From Squalus acanthias (lineage: Eukaryota): a stretch of DNA of 64,000 nucleotides. The translations under genes were made by a program, and so were the position numbers. This document shows positions 51,501-64,000 of the stretch, one piece after another. Position 1 is the first letter of the stretch. Each line of letters opens with the position of its first letter. Location: the NCBI GenBank assembly GCA_030390025.1, contig JASTWF010000031.1, positions 2,356,001 through 2,420,000 of the forward strand. The letters are read 5' to 3'. The notes under the pieces were generated by a model. That model was not told the DNA's origin, did no database searches, and saw only the letters and a program-made list of their open reading frames with translations.

Positions 51501-54500
51501 TTAAAAGTTTTCTTCCACTAAACTCATTTTTAATGATTGTTGTCAGTCATTCCCACTCGCACCATTCTCAGAAAACTCCTGCCGTAAACGTTAGTTTGAG
51601 TAATTCTCCCACACACCCTTCTGAGAAGGTCCCAGCTTAAAAAGTTAAGTTACAGTAAACCCTTCTGCTCATTCATCACACTGCCAAAGTGTTTAGTACT
51701 TTTACCGAGCTTTTTAAAAATAACACCTATTTGTTTTCCCTAGCTGGTATCTTTCCTTTAAAAGTAATGTGAAAGGTCCCAGGTGGGGAAGACAGAGAGA
51801 GATAACAATTAGTGTCATAAAATCCTCCGGTTCACTGTGAGCAATGCCACGCGGCATTTTGCAACAGGAAGAAAATGTTGATTTATATTTTATAATATAA
51901 AATTTATATGCGAAAACCTCCTAATTTATATTCAATTTATGACTTTGGCAACACATTTTATTGCGGCCCAAAATAGATCAGTTGAAATTAATGTGATATC
52001 TTATGTCATCGATTACCAGGGACAATAAGTAGCAGTTACCAGACATCAATCACCGACGAGGGTTTTGAGTCACACAGTTTCGACAGACCAATTGTGATGC
52101 TCAAAACAACAAAACAGCAGCGTCCTCACAAACAATCATGTTGCCAGGGACCAATAAGCCATTACTGTATAAAGAGAACCTTCCTTAATCTCCATCCCCA
52201 TCTGCCCTGCCTGTCACAGAATTCTCAATCAAACAGGCCAGTCAAGTGATTATTACATTTAATGAGATTGCCAGAAAATAACATGAAATAGAAATGTCAC
52301 ATGATCAATATTGGCAACAAGATTGCTTAAAAGTGTCACCAAGATTTTAATGGGCAAATAAATCACTGCTGGTAATTACTGTTCAAACAGGACACCAACT
52401 TTTTTTTTAAATGCAGAATAAAATATACATAATATATTATATATATTTTTGTCCATAAGCAGCATCAATTAATCTTTTAAAAACAAATCATATACTGCAC
52501 TATCTGTGCTACATTAAGGCAATAAACTATTTCTTGTGTGAACATTTGATTCCCAAAAACATTTAAGAAAGCAAGGCTAAAAAATAAAAACATCAAATCT
52601 AATTGTATGGGTTTTCAGTCAGTGAGAGGTGACCAACAATCATAACTGGACAAACGGTTTCAGAAGATAACTCCACTGTAGGGGAAAACTAACATGCTCT
52701 CAAAATTCGGACCTGCTCTTTTGGACCCTGGAATACCTTAGTGGAACATTAGTTAGCATTCTTGCATAACCAAAGGTTTAAGGCATAAACCCAAGAGCAC
52801 AAAGAAAATTCTGCCACTTAAAATAACCAGAGCTTGAGGACGACAAGAAAACACCATCATTCCCCAGTATTACCTTTTCAGGACTACCAACACTCCTATT
52901 GCTTTTCTGACTTTCTTGCTTCTTAATTATTAAATTACTCTACTTGTCGGAAAAAACCCACATCACACAGCTCTTTATAATGCATTATATGATATACTCG
53001 ATAGGTGAAAATCAGTATTCTGTGCCTATTGATATGCATCTTAGCAACACAACAAACTTCTTTCACAAACCTGTTGTCAGTCCTCAATGAGAATGTCACT
53101 GACACGGAGGGTAAATTATTTCATCCAGATATTTTTGCATTAAAACTATTTCACTGTACTAAATTTCATGACAAAAGGTTAAGTTGACTGAAATAATTAT
53201 TCTTTTATAATGATTACGATGGAACCCTCCTTCATGATTTCATACATATTTTACAGATGGTGCTGAACTTGTACTCAGGCTGCTGGATAGTGAGAAGCAA
53301 ATTAATTTCCCTATACAGTGTGGGCTCTGGAGCTTACAACCGAATCATTTTTCCTTCTTGATTTGATGTACGTTTAATGGCTAAACAAGCATAATAAACT
53401 CCATGTCACATTAGCATGACATTCTCCTAAATTTGAAGAGTTGATTGAAAACAAATTCAGTGAGTTTAGTTCCAAAACATTTGTTTGTGTTCTAGGCCAC
53501 TTGGGTCCTTCCGGTCAGACTGTCAAGTTGGAGTCATTACCTTGGTGCTCTTGCTTCTATTTCAGAAATGTTCTAACCAATCAAATTATGTAAGATTATA
53601 AAATACAACAATGTTTGACACCAAATTGATTTTTATGCTAAACATGAAATACTGTATAAAAAAAATACGCTTCCCATACAACCTTTAATTAATTGGAGGA
53701 AGTCTCTCATTGTCAATTTGGTTGAATTGAATGGGAGAAATGATGTGGATTCTAGACATCTCCACAACTAGAACTAGCACCAAGAGGTGTTCTTACAGGT
53801 GAGGAAAATGTCCCATTGGTTTTCCTTCTCCCCCTCCTTCCCAAAAGAATCTCATGAAATCAAAGGCAATTTCCATACAATTTCCAACTGGAGAATGAAA
53901 AAGCAATGGCAGTTATACCATGCTTCCTGAAAGCCAGATAAATGCATGATTGTCGCTATTAACGGCTAAATAAAATCTGCTTTTTTGTGAGCTCCCAAAA
54001 GTCAGTAAGAGATAACTCGCTTTTGAATTTGCTGTGCCACCAATATACATAGCCATTGCCGGCTGCATGGTGTCCTATTCCTCGTCATATCAGACACATG
54101 CAGTTTGGAAAAAACAAACTGTTATTCCATAAGTGCTGGTGCAATCATGTTCTCCATCTGCCACTTTGTTTCCGGCTGGTGAAATTGCCCCACACAATCC
54201 CCAGGGAGCTTGGAAGAACAATGAGCGGATCTTTCCAAGGCTCCGTGCTATCAATGGGAGCTTGGACACACCAAGAGGTTTATCGGAAAATCGCAGGTGT
54301 ATTGGTCACAATTTTTGTCCATAATGTTAATGGACAGAAAATCACAGGCAAAGCACCCATGACTTTCTGTTAAGTTGCCCGGTGCCATCAGAGGTAGGGC
54401 CTTGGAAAGTTCCTCTCAATAATTTAAAGCAGCTTTTGTACCACAACTGCAGTCTTGGAGGCACATGCTCTCTGATACCACCTAATCCAACCCTTATTTA

Positions 54501-54522
54501 TTTATATGAAATATGGTTCTTA

Positions 54523-54750
<228 letters not shown>

Positions 54751-54959
54751 TTAAGTTAAAAGGGCAATCTGCCCAATCTGTTTTATGAAAATTAAAGTTC
54801 CAAGATTTTTGATAATTATATTTTTGTTCAAAACTGTGAATGCCAAAGTCCTTATTGTACAAACTGGCTCAGCTATCGAGCCTGAGAGTCTAAAAGAACA
54901 CACTTAACATCAGTGGACTGCCATTTTAACCCACGATGCTTCAGTGATATATACGCCTC

Positions 54960-55572
54960 TATAAATAGAGGCAGAGAGTACAAAAGCCAGGAAGTTATGC
55001 TAAACCTATGAAAAACACTAGTTCAGCCCTAACTGGAGTAATATGTCCAATTCTGGGCACCACACTTTAGGAAGGACATGAAGGCTTTGGGAGGGTACAG
55101 AAGAGATTTACTAGAATGGTTCCAGGGATTGCAGTTATGTGGCTAGACTGGAGAAGTTGGGGTTGTTCTCCTTAGAGCAGAGAAGGCTAAGAGGAGTTTT
55201 AATAGAGGTGTTTAAAATCATGAAGGGTTTAGATAGAGTAAATAAAGAGAAACGGTTTCCAATGGCTGGAAGGGTCAAAAACCAGAGGGCACAGATTTAA
55301 GGTGATTGGCAAAAGAACCAGAGGCGACATGAGGAAAAACGTTTTTACACGAGTGGTTAGGATCTGGAATGCACTGCCCGATAGGGTGGTGGAAACAGAT
55401 TCAATAGTAGCCTTCAAAAGGGAATTGGATAAATACTTGAAGGAGATAAAATTGCAGTGATATGGGGAAAGAACGGGGAGTGGAACTAACTGGATTGCTC
55501 TTCGAAAGAGCCGGCGCGGACTTGATGGGCTGAATGGCCTCCTCCTGTGCTGTATTATTCTATGATTCTATA
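54960..55572 (+). mobile_element. CR1 3' fragment (second subfamily)
   Basis: Near-identical to 57003-57365 plus 58550-58650; ttctatgattctat tail. Confidence 0.88.
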
Positions 55573-56382
55573 TGTTAATTTGTTTGGATGTTGAAGTTAA
55601 CCATAATTCTAAATAAGGGTTTCACTGTTCTAATATGTTAGTGAGCATCTCTTTCATAAAGATAAGGATTAATAAGCTCTATACAAACCACTTGTTATAG
55701 GAGTTCAATGTTCAATAAAGGAATATTTCTCCCCGACACTAAAGTAACTCAATCACCAGAGTTTTTTTATTCTCAAGCAAAATGTCACACTCAAATCCCA
55801 TCCTTACCCAGTATGCACATTCAGCTGCCTACCAAGAAATAGTCTTAGTAATTTTCAATAAATGGAAGACCGTGCAACAGCACAGCTTGGAAATATTATT
55901 CCTGCTTACTTTCTTCCATCTCTTCCACTCCTTAAAGCATCAAATCCGTGTCAGGGGATGGCTTCACAGGCAACAGTCCTCCTGCGGTACTTTGCCCAAA
56001 TGGCCCCCCTTAATGTGTAAGCCTCGACAGTGAGCATTGCCAAATTATCTGACTGCGAGGGAGAATCAGAACTGAGCCCGATCCTGTCCTCAGCCAGTGT
56101 CTACATATGCATTTCCAGCAGGCATCACTGGATGGTGATTAGGAACGGGAACCCTACCCAATGTTCCTCTCCCTAACCCATAGCTTTGTGTTCAATTGTA
56201 GTACCACTATTGCTTCCTCTGGTGAGATCCGCTAACTCAGCAACGACCAGGGGCTGAACTTTAGACCTTCCTGGTCTGTAGGGCTTAGCTATTCACTGAG
56301 GCTGCACTAGTGTAGAATTAACTGAACACTTTTTTAGAATCAGGCCCGTGGAACATAATTGCTGGGGGAACAGATATCAGTT

Positions 56383-56385
<3 letters not shown>

Positions 56386-56415
<30 letters not shown>
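56386..56415. repeat. (GA)n microsatellite
   Basis: About 15 GA units, read directly. Confidence 0.95.
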
Positions 56416-56419
<4 letters not shown>

Positions 56420-56432
56420 AATACTTGGTGTT

Positions 56433-56451
56433 TGCCACCAGGTGGTGCCAG
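56433..56451 (+). promoter_or_regulatory. CTCF-like motif TGCCACCAGGTGGTGCCAG
   Basis: Close match to the CCACCAGGTGGCGC core; binding not shown. Confidence 0.5.
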
Positions 56452-56489
56452 AGTGCTTCAGAACCAAACTAATCTTCGACAAATCTTAC

Positions 56490-56674
56490 CGTAGACAGGT
56501 GTTTTCCCAGGTAGAATGACTATGACAAGCTGGAGTCCTGAATAGGTGTTCTTCAGATGCCTGAACATCGGTTCCACACTGTCAGCTCCTTGTGCATATT
56601 TACAGAAACATGGCTGGCCCTGGATAGGCATCCCTGCGTCCTTAGATATCTTCCGCAGCTGGTCGGTGAAACTC
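56490..56674 (-). CDS. AGO1: AGO1 exon (~12; MID) [61 protein letters not shown]
   Basis: tacag acceptor, gtaag donor, 185 nt; contains the PGKTP nucleotide-specificity loop. Confidence 0.97.
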
Positions 56675-57365
56675 CTGTATAATTGAAAGCCAGAACTTTC
56701 AATGCTGTTTTGAACAGTACAATTTTCAAGAAAACCTGCTATGTAAAAATAATTTGATTGCCTGGAACATTAAGCTGAAATATAGAGCTTCATGGGCAAT
56801 CATATCTGTTGTGCGTTCTGAAAACAATTGAGTGCTCTTTTGGGATTTGCCATGCAAGCAGGAAAGTCAGCTACACACATGGACTATGCTGCTGCCCTGC
56901 TCTTAGGAGTTATACTTTCCTCCTTACATTTATGGCTTACTGCGTGGAAACCAGAAAAAAAGTTAAATAAAGATTATCACTAGAAACAAGTACTCCTAAC
57001 TGTATGGCCTTGGATAGGGTGCAGAAGAGATTGACTAGAATGGTACCAGGGATGAAGGGCTTCAGTTATATGGAGAGACTGGAGAAGCTGGGGTTGTTCT
57101 CTTTAGAGCAGAGAAGGTTAAGAGGAGATTTGATAAAGATGTCCAAAATCATGAATGGTTTTGACCGAGTAAATAAGCAGAATCTGTCTCGAGTGGCAGA
57201 AGGGTCAGTAACCAGAGGACACAGATTTAAGGTGATTGACAAAAGAACCAGAGGCGACATGAGGAAAGATTTTTTTTACACAGCGAGTTGTGATCTGGAA
57301 TGAGCTGCCTGAAAGGGTGGTGGAAGCAGATTCAATAGTAACTTTCAAAAGAGAATTGGATAAAT

Positions 57366-58549
57366 AAGAACATAAGAAAGATACAGAGAGGATGTTTCCC
57401 CTTGTGTTTCAGAATAAAGTGTCGCCCTTTTAGAACCGAGATGAGGAGGAATTTCTTCTCTCAGAGGAGATCTGTGGAATTCTCTGCCCCAGAGAGCCGT
57501 GGAGGCTGGGTCATTAAATACATTTAAGGTGGAGATGGACAGATTTTTGCAAGATAAGGGAGTGAAGGGTTATGGGGAGCGGGCAGGGAAGTGGCTTTGA
57601 GCCCAAGATCAGCCATGATCTTATTGAATGGTGGAGCAGGCTCGAGGGGCCAAGTGGCCTATTCCTGCTCCTATTTCTTATGTTCTTATGTAAATAGGAG
57701 CAGGAGTAGACCATTTGGCCCCTTGAGCCTGCTCCACCATTCAATAAGATCATGGCTGATCTTCGACCACAACTCCACTTTCCTGCATTATCCCCATATC
57801 CCTTGATTCCCTTAATATCCAAAAATCTATCGATCTCTGTCTTGAATATACTCAACAACTGAGCATCCACAGCCCTCTGGGGTAGAGAATTCCAAAGATT
57901 CACCACCCTCTGAGAGAAGAAATTCCTCCTCAGCTCCGTCCTAAATGGCCGACCCCTTATTCTGAGACTGTGACCCCTGGTTCTAGACTCCCCAGCCAGG
58001 GGAAACATCCTCTCTGCATCTACCCTGTCAAGCCCTGTAAGAATTTTGTATGTTTCAATGAGATCACCTCTCATTCTTCTACACTCTAGAGAATATTGGC
58101 ATAGTCTACTCAATCTCTCATAGGACAATCCCCCTATCCCAGGAAACAGTCTGGTGAACCTTTGTTGCACTCCCTCTATGGCAAGTATATCCTTCCTTAG
58201 ATAAGGAGACCAAAACTGTACACAATACTCCAGGTGTGGTCTCACCATTGCCCTATATAATTGCAGTAAGACGTCTTTACTCTTATACTCAAATCCTCTT
58301 GTAATAAAGGCCAACATACCATTTGCTTTCCTAATTGCTTGCTGTACCTGCATGTTAACTTTCAGTGATTCGTGTACAAGGACACCCAGGTCCCTTTGAA
58401 CACCAACATTCCCCAATCTCTCACCATTCAAAACATACTCTGCTTTTCTATTTTTCCTGCCAAAGTGGATAACTTCACATTTCTCCACATTATATTCCAT
58501 TTACCATGTTCTTGTATATATTACATTTGGTCCCCTCATCCAAATCATT
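57366..58549 (-). mobile_element. Young CR1 3' region, middle layer of the nest
   Basis: ORF 57514-58500 (VEKCEVIHFGRKN...VRPHLEYCVQFWSP); the last tail bases are displaced to 57366-57378. Confidence 0.92.
57379..57690 (+). mobile_element. Inner CR1 3' fragment inserted in the tail of the minus-strand CR1
   Basis: Same family tail 'gatcagccatgatcttattgaatggtggagcaggctcgagggg...ttcttatgttcttatg'. Confidence 0.85.
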
Positions 58550-58669
58550 AATACTTAAAGGGTAAAAATTTACAGGGCTATGGAGAAAGAGCAGGCACAG
58601 GCACGATGGGCCAAATGGCCGCCTTCTGTGCTGTATCATTCTATGATTCTACGATACTTTGGTACATTA

Positions 58670-58965
58670 CTAATGCTGCATTGTTGGAGGTGCTGTCTTT
58701 TGGATGGGATGTTAAATCAATCTGCTTACTCAGATGGATGTAAAAGATCCCATGGCACTTTTCAAGAGGAGCAGGGGACGTCTCTCAGTGTCCTGGCCAA
58801 CATTCATTCCTCAACCAGCATCACCAAAAACAGATTAACTGGTTACTTATCTCATTGTTATTAGTGGGACATTGCCTACATAACAAGTGACTACATTTAA
58901 AAAGTACCGTGAAGTGCTTTGGGATGTCCCTAGGATGTTAAAGGCGCTATATAAATGCAAGTTTT
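58670..58965 (+). mobile_element. Deu-domain SINE, 5'-truncated
   Basis: Similar to 6960-7240. Confidence 0.8.
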
Positions 58966-59007
58966 TTTATATATATACACACACACACAGGATGAAAACC
59001 ACCATAC

Positions 59008-59141
59008 TTCAGCACCTCCTCCCGGCATTGCTTCTGTGGTGCAAAGCAGGCGATGGCCCAGACTTTGATCTCAATCCCATTGTAGAACTGTTTGCCACGC
59101 ATATCCCACACTCCCTGATTGGGAGTAGCAATTGCTCGGTT
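59008..59141 (-). CDS. AGO1: AGO1 exon (~11) [44 protein letters not shown](K)
   Basis: cacag acceptor, gtatgg donor, 134 nt, phase compatible with neighbouring exons. Confidence 0.96.
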
Positions 59142-59775
59142 CTGTGAAACACAAAGAAAAGAAACAATTTAAGAGGAACGTTTGTAGATTTGTATCTTAA
59201 TTGCAAGGCCACTGCTATATTTTGATGGACAGCACCATCCTGAGAGGTCATTGTAATGTTTATAGGCAGCTACAAAAAGTTTCAGTCTCTTTGCTCTTCC
59301 ATAGTAGTCCATGGACTGGTTTAGCAGGTGTGATGCAGAGTGGAGGCAGCTAATTATTCAACAATTCACTTTGAATTGACTGCTAAATTGGCTTAATCAT
59401 TAGGCAGTACTTCAGCTATCACTCTCCCACCTTCAATTTTCTCTCCTGGCTACTTGCTCGCTGGCCAAACACCACGTGCAGCCCAGTGAAGACTCCAAAT
59501 CCAGTTTCCTCTGGTCGTGGCTCAGTACCTCTCCACCCCACTATTCCGTGATGCTGTGCTTGGTGCTCCGATGTGTTGCACTATGTTACTCCAACACATG
59601 CTGTGTGCTTGTACATTTGAGCTTAATAAATACTTTAATATTTCACCATGGTGAAAGGAAATGGATGACTACCTACAGCAAAAAAGCTATTTAATATTAA
59701 ACTACCAGATGTAAAGTACATTTTTCTTCAAAAACAGCTCTCCATATACTACTGTCATGAGAAATAGCACATCCT

Positions 59776-60912
59776 TATTCCCTTCTTAGGCAGTCCCTCG
59801 GAACCGAGGATGACTTGCTTCCACATTAAAAATGAGTTCTCAGGTGACTGATGAGCCCAGTGCGGGACCTACAGTCTGTGTCACAGGTGGAGCAGACGGT
59901 GGTTGAAGGTGCAGGTGGGTGGGGTGCTTGGGTTGACGTGCGCTCCTTGCGCTGCCTGCGCTTGGCTTCCGCTTGCTCCCGGCGAAGAGACTTGAGGTGT
60001 TTGGCGCCTTCCCGGATGCTTCTCCTCCACTTTATGCGGTCTTGGGCCAGGGATTCCCAGGTGTCGGTGGGGATGTTACACTTTTTCAAGGAGGCTTTGA
60101 GGGTGTCCTTGAAGCGTTTCCTCTGCCCACCTGGGGCTCTCTTGCCGTGCCGGAGCTCCGAGTAGAGCGCTTGTTTTGGGAGTCTCGTATCGGGCATGCG
60201 GACAATGTGACCCATCCATCGGAGCTGATCGAGCATGGTCAAAGCTTCGATGCTGGGGATGTTGGCCTGAGCGAGAACACTGACGTTGGTGCGCCTATCC
60301 TGCCAATGGATTTGCAGGATCTTGCGGAGGCAGCATTAGTGGTACCTCTCCAGTGCTTTGAGGTGCCTGCTGTACATGGTCCATGTCTCTGAGGCATACA
60401 GCAGGGCGGGTATCACTGCTGCTCTGTAGACTATGAGCTTAGTGCCGGGTTTGAGGTGCTGGTCTTCAAACACTCTCTTCCTCAGGCGACCGAAGGCTGC
60501 ACTGGCACACTGAAGGCGGTGTTGGACTTCGTCGTCTGCCCTTGTTGACAGTAGGCTCCCAAGGTATGGAAAGTGGTCCACGTTGTCCAAGGCCTTGTCG
60601 TGGATTTTGATAATCGGGGGGCAGTACTGTGTGGCGGGGGCAGGTTGGTAGAGGACCTTTGTCTTACGGATGTTTAGTGTAAGGCCCATGCTCTCGTACG
60701 CTTCGGTGAAGGTGTTGATGGTTTGGAGTTCGACCTCCGAGTGAGCGCAGACGCAAGCGTCGTCTGCGTACTGTAATTCGACGACAGAGGATGGGACGAC
60801 CTTGGATCTGGACTGGCGGCGACGGAGGTTGAACAGTTTCCCGTTTGTTCTGTAAATTAGTTCCACTCCAGCAGGGAGCTTACTGAGGGTGAGATGGAGC
60901 ATTGCAGCAAGG
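59776..60912 (-). mobile_element. 5'-truncated RTE-clade LINE with a 32-bp target-site duplication
   Basis: ORFs 60336-60902 (LQYADD, FPYLGS) and 59826-60242 (QLRWMGHIVRMPDTRLPK, C-terminal CxxC...HLRTH) share one frame split by a single TAA; duplication at 59744-59775 and 60913-60944. Confidence 0.92.
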
Positions 60913-61864
60913 ATATACTACTGTCATTAGAAATAGCACATCCTCATATTGGCCTCTTGGTAGTCAGCCAGAACTGTATTTGTGATGGCCCCTCAAAAGA
61001 GGGTGGTGCATGGCCTCAGAAATGCATCAAGTGAGGGAAAAAGAACAGCAAAAAAACAAAGGAGTTTGCCCAGGCACTGAATACACGCAATGAAATAATG
61101 CTGTGTTATGGATAGCTCTGAACCACACAGACTACACATAAGCACTGTGAGCTCTGTGCATATTAGATTCAGTGACCCAGAGAATGACATGTCATAACAA
61201 GGTCACAACATGCTTCAATGTATTTTCTTTCAATGACAAAATCCTTTAATCAGTTTTAGTCTACTTCAGTGAAAGGAGAGGGAGGAGTGATCAGCTGACA
61301 TAAGGTGTGCTTATAGTGGGGTAAACTAGCTGGGACACTTTCCCCCCCTCGCTATATCCAAAATGAGCCTCGACACCACAGTGAGGTCTGGACATCCATT
61401 TAGCACTGAACCAGTGAAGCCCAGCATTGAGCACCCATGGGATGCAAATACATGGCCATCTCAGTCAGAGGCATGCACTCCACGTGCCTATATTGACTAG
61501 CTTAGCTCTCTGATGCCCTCCCCTCTGCAAGCCCAGCTGTTATATTTACAGGTTTTTTCCCCCCTCTGAATTCTCCCCTACTGGGCTTTTGGCTCCATCG
61601 TGTTTTCAATTTGAGCACACCAGCCATTAACATTAACATAAGCAGGAAATGGGTTTGCTGTGAGATGAAATTGTCTGTGTACATTTTTCTGAGATGATCC
61701 AGTCCCAATGGGGGTCCCATTTAGCAACTTGTAGAGGGACTGATGCCGCAAATCACAATTTTGTCCGACATCCTAGAATGTTTGGACAGTACCAGACCCA
61801 TATGCAACCAAAGAACGCAAAACAGACTTTTGGAGGCAACTCCTGCCCACAGTGCAGCAGCATC

Positions 61865-62260
61865 AACAATTTGCATTTATATAACACTCTTCACACATAG
61901 GGAAAAAGTCTTGAGTGTTTTACAATAAAAATGAAATGGATACAATGGACACCAAGCATGGAGAAAGGCGAGAAGAATAGAGAGGCTAGGATGGGGAAAC
62001 CGAAAACAGGGGTGAAGAGGACGTTTTTCAAAGCAGGGAGGGAGGTGGCAAGGCAGAGGGATCGGATAGAGAACTGCAGAGGGCAGTGAGTGAAGGAGTG
62101 GGCTTCGTGGGGCAGAGGGAGCGACAAGTTAAGAGTAGCAAGGGTGCGGCAGAGATGTAAGGCAGGAGATCTTTTGAGTTAGTGTGGAGCAAAGGCTATG
62201 TTGAGATGCAAAAACAAGGATCAGAATTTTGAAATTCATATGCTGGGGCATGAGGAGCCA
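61865..62260 (-). mobile_element. Degraded L2 3' fragment
   Basis: Reverse-complement tail (ttgcatttatata) and a purine-rich L2 body. Confidence 0.55.
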
Positions 62261-62574
62261 GATTAGCCCAGATTTATTTAAAAGAAAGAAAAGAGATGCA
62301 TTCTCTCGGAGGCCTTTCCTAAAGTCCATTTAAAATTAAATTTTCTCATTTTGGCACATATGGATGGGATTGTCAATATAACCTCGCATCTCCCTTATTG
62401 AAAAATACTGCATGAAGATAGATCAGGAAAATAATCAATGTTTTTCTCCCGTGAATTCCCTGACGTGGAAGTGATGATGGGAAAACCGTGAACATCACTA
62501 AACTCACAATTCTATCTTCTCCCATCCGGGTAGACGTGTGCTGACTTTCTTACGCAGGTGGCTATTTTTCATTA

Positions 62575-62768
62575 AAACAGAAACAAACTGCTGCAGAGGA
62601 TGGAAATCTGAGCCAGCCACAGAAAATGCTGGAAACACTCAGCGGGTCAAGCTGCACCTCTGGAGCGAGGAACAGCTCCAGAACCTGCGCTGTCCTGTCT
62701 GTTCTCTCTGCTGCCCGAATGTTTCCAGTATTTTTGTTTTTTTCTCCAAGATTTCCAGTACCTGCTTG
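62575..62768. mobile_element. Palindromic Penelope derivative
   Basis: cagaaaatgctggaaacactcagc ... gaatgtttccagtattttt, similar to 11198-11372. Confidence 0.6.
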
Positions 62769-63316
62769 CCGTGGCCTTCCTGGTCTGTGTTGCTCAGTTC
62801 CACACTGGGCAGTGCATTTACAACTGAGCCATGGGGAGAGTTAATGCACCCGCCACCAATATTCCCTTGAAGCTGCATGGCCGCATAGCGCTCTGGAGGT
62901 CCCGCGCAGCTGGCTCACCGGCTTTTAAATGGCAAAACCGTGCATGCGCGGAATTTTTTTTTTTTTTTTTACAGGGAACATTGCCTGCCACCCCATTACT
63001 AATCTCTTGCGTGAAAATCTTAAACTTTGGTGGCTGTATGTTTGGAAAAAAAGAAGAGGCCCACCATTTATTATGATGTCTGCCCTATGTAAGGTGAGGG
63101 CTGCACTGGGGCAGAGAATACTTACCCATAGCATTAAGCATGGGCTCTGTTCACGGATCAGAACGCTACTGAACTCCTCCGCACATTACTCTCGACAGTG
63201 CACCACAAACAACCTTTCATGAGCTGGAGCTCAATTACTGTATTTTTATTGTGCTGCTCTCTGAGCCACGCACCTATCTACCTTTACATGAAGAGCTGGG
63301 CACAGTTGTTACTTAC

Positions 63317-63439
63317 CCGGCCACCATATTGCAAAATTGGTGCTGGCAAAACTCGGCCTGTAACCTCAGTCATGTCGTCTTTCACCTTTATCCCAAATTC
63401 CTGAATGTAAGGATCAAGGTTGTAGCTGGCGTTCTTCAT
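63317..63439 (-). CDS. AGO1: Argonaute-1 coding exon (~exon 10; L2 region) [41 protein letters not shown]
   Basis: Manual minus-strand translation; tgcag acceptor, gtaagt donor, 123 nt, phase 0/0; peptide recognised as AGO1. Confidence 0.96.
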
Positions 63440-63539
63440 CTGCAGATAAAAATGCCATTAGCATAAAGGCGCATGTCTGCAAAAAATGAGATTTTTAAGC
63501 TCTACTTTCAATTTGTTTTCTTATTTTCTCTGCGGAAAG

Positions 63540-64000
63540 ATGCTTTATAAAAAGAAGCTGGACACTTAGCAGGAGTTTGAGGGGAGGGTTAGGGAAGTTG
63601 ACGGAAGCCATAGTTGGAAAGAAGTGGAAGCTTTTGAAAATGGGAAGAGTTGTGGTGAGGGAGTTTCAGAATGCTAGGTCATAATGATTAAAGGCTCCGT
63701 CACCAATAACGGAGTGGAAGGTCCCACAGTAAGCCAGAGTGGAGAGTGTTAGCTAGAGGCTGGAGAGGGTAGGGCGGGGCAAGGTCATGGAGTGATAGAC
63801 AAAGACAGGAATTTTGAACATCAATATGCTGGGAGATGGAGACCCAGTGGAGGTTGGCGAGGGCAGGAGTAAAACGTGAGCAGAACAGGATGCAGTGTGT
63901 GGAGTTCTGGATAAATTAGAATTTCTGTCGGGTGATACTTTGGGAAGCCGGCAAGGAAATCAATAAAGGTGTTGAGCCCGGAGATGACAAAGAAGTGGAT
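63540..64000 (-). mobile_element. Degraded L2 fragment, runs off the window
   Basis: Similar to the plus-strand reading of 38350-38780. Confidence 0.55.

Larger units (their letters stand above)
57003..58650 (+). mobile_element. Outer CR1 fragment (57003-57365 and 58550-58650) split by nested CR1 copies
   Basis: ORF 57004-57303; 'ggataaata|cttaaag' joins up as in the 55427-55445 copy. Confidence 0.85.

Noticed and set aside
57514-58500. Longest ORF (328 aa) as a host gene
   Set aside because: It is the CR1 ORF2 C-terminus reading on into the adjacent inverted CR1 tail

Overview
Vertebrate genomic DNA, most likely a cartilaginous fish, judging by the repeat content (HE1/V-SINE, Deu-domain SINEs, shark-type CR1, L2, Penelope). 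The minus strand carries the last ten coding exons of Argonaute-1 (63439 down to the TAA stop at 27628). All ten have GT-AG boundaries, stay in frame, and show the AGO1-type D-E-D-R non-slicer tetrad. About 15.7 kb downstream on the same strand are a CpG-island promoter and the 19-nt first coding exon of a second Argonaute (MEIGTP, AGO3-like, 11909-11927), whose first intron runs off the left end. This matches the AGO1-AGO3 tandem arrangement known from mammals. Introns and the intergenic region are dense with transposon relics, several of them nested. Most notable: a possible AGO1x-like stop-readthrough extension, an overlapping uATG at the AGO3 start, degenerate Penelope hammerhead ribozymes either side of the AGO3 promoter, a ~300-bp CR1 fold-back inside an AGO1 intron, an antisense solo LTR, and a duplication with an internal micro-inversion. 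Exon numbers follow human AGO1 from memory. Repeat family names are recognised from memory, not from a database search, and repeat edges are approximate.
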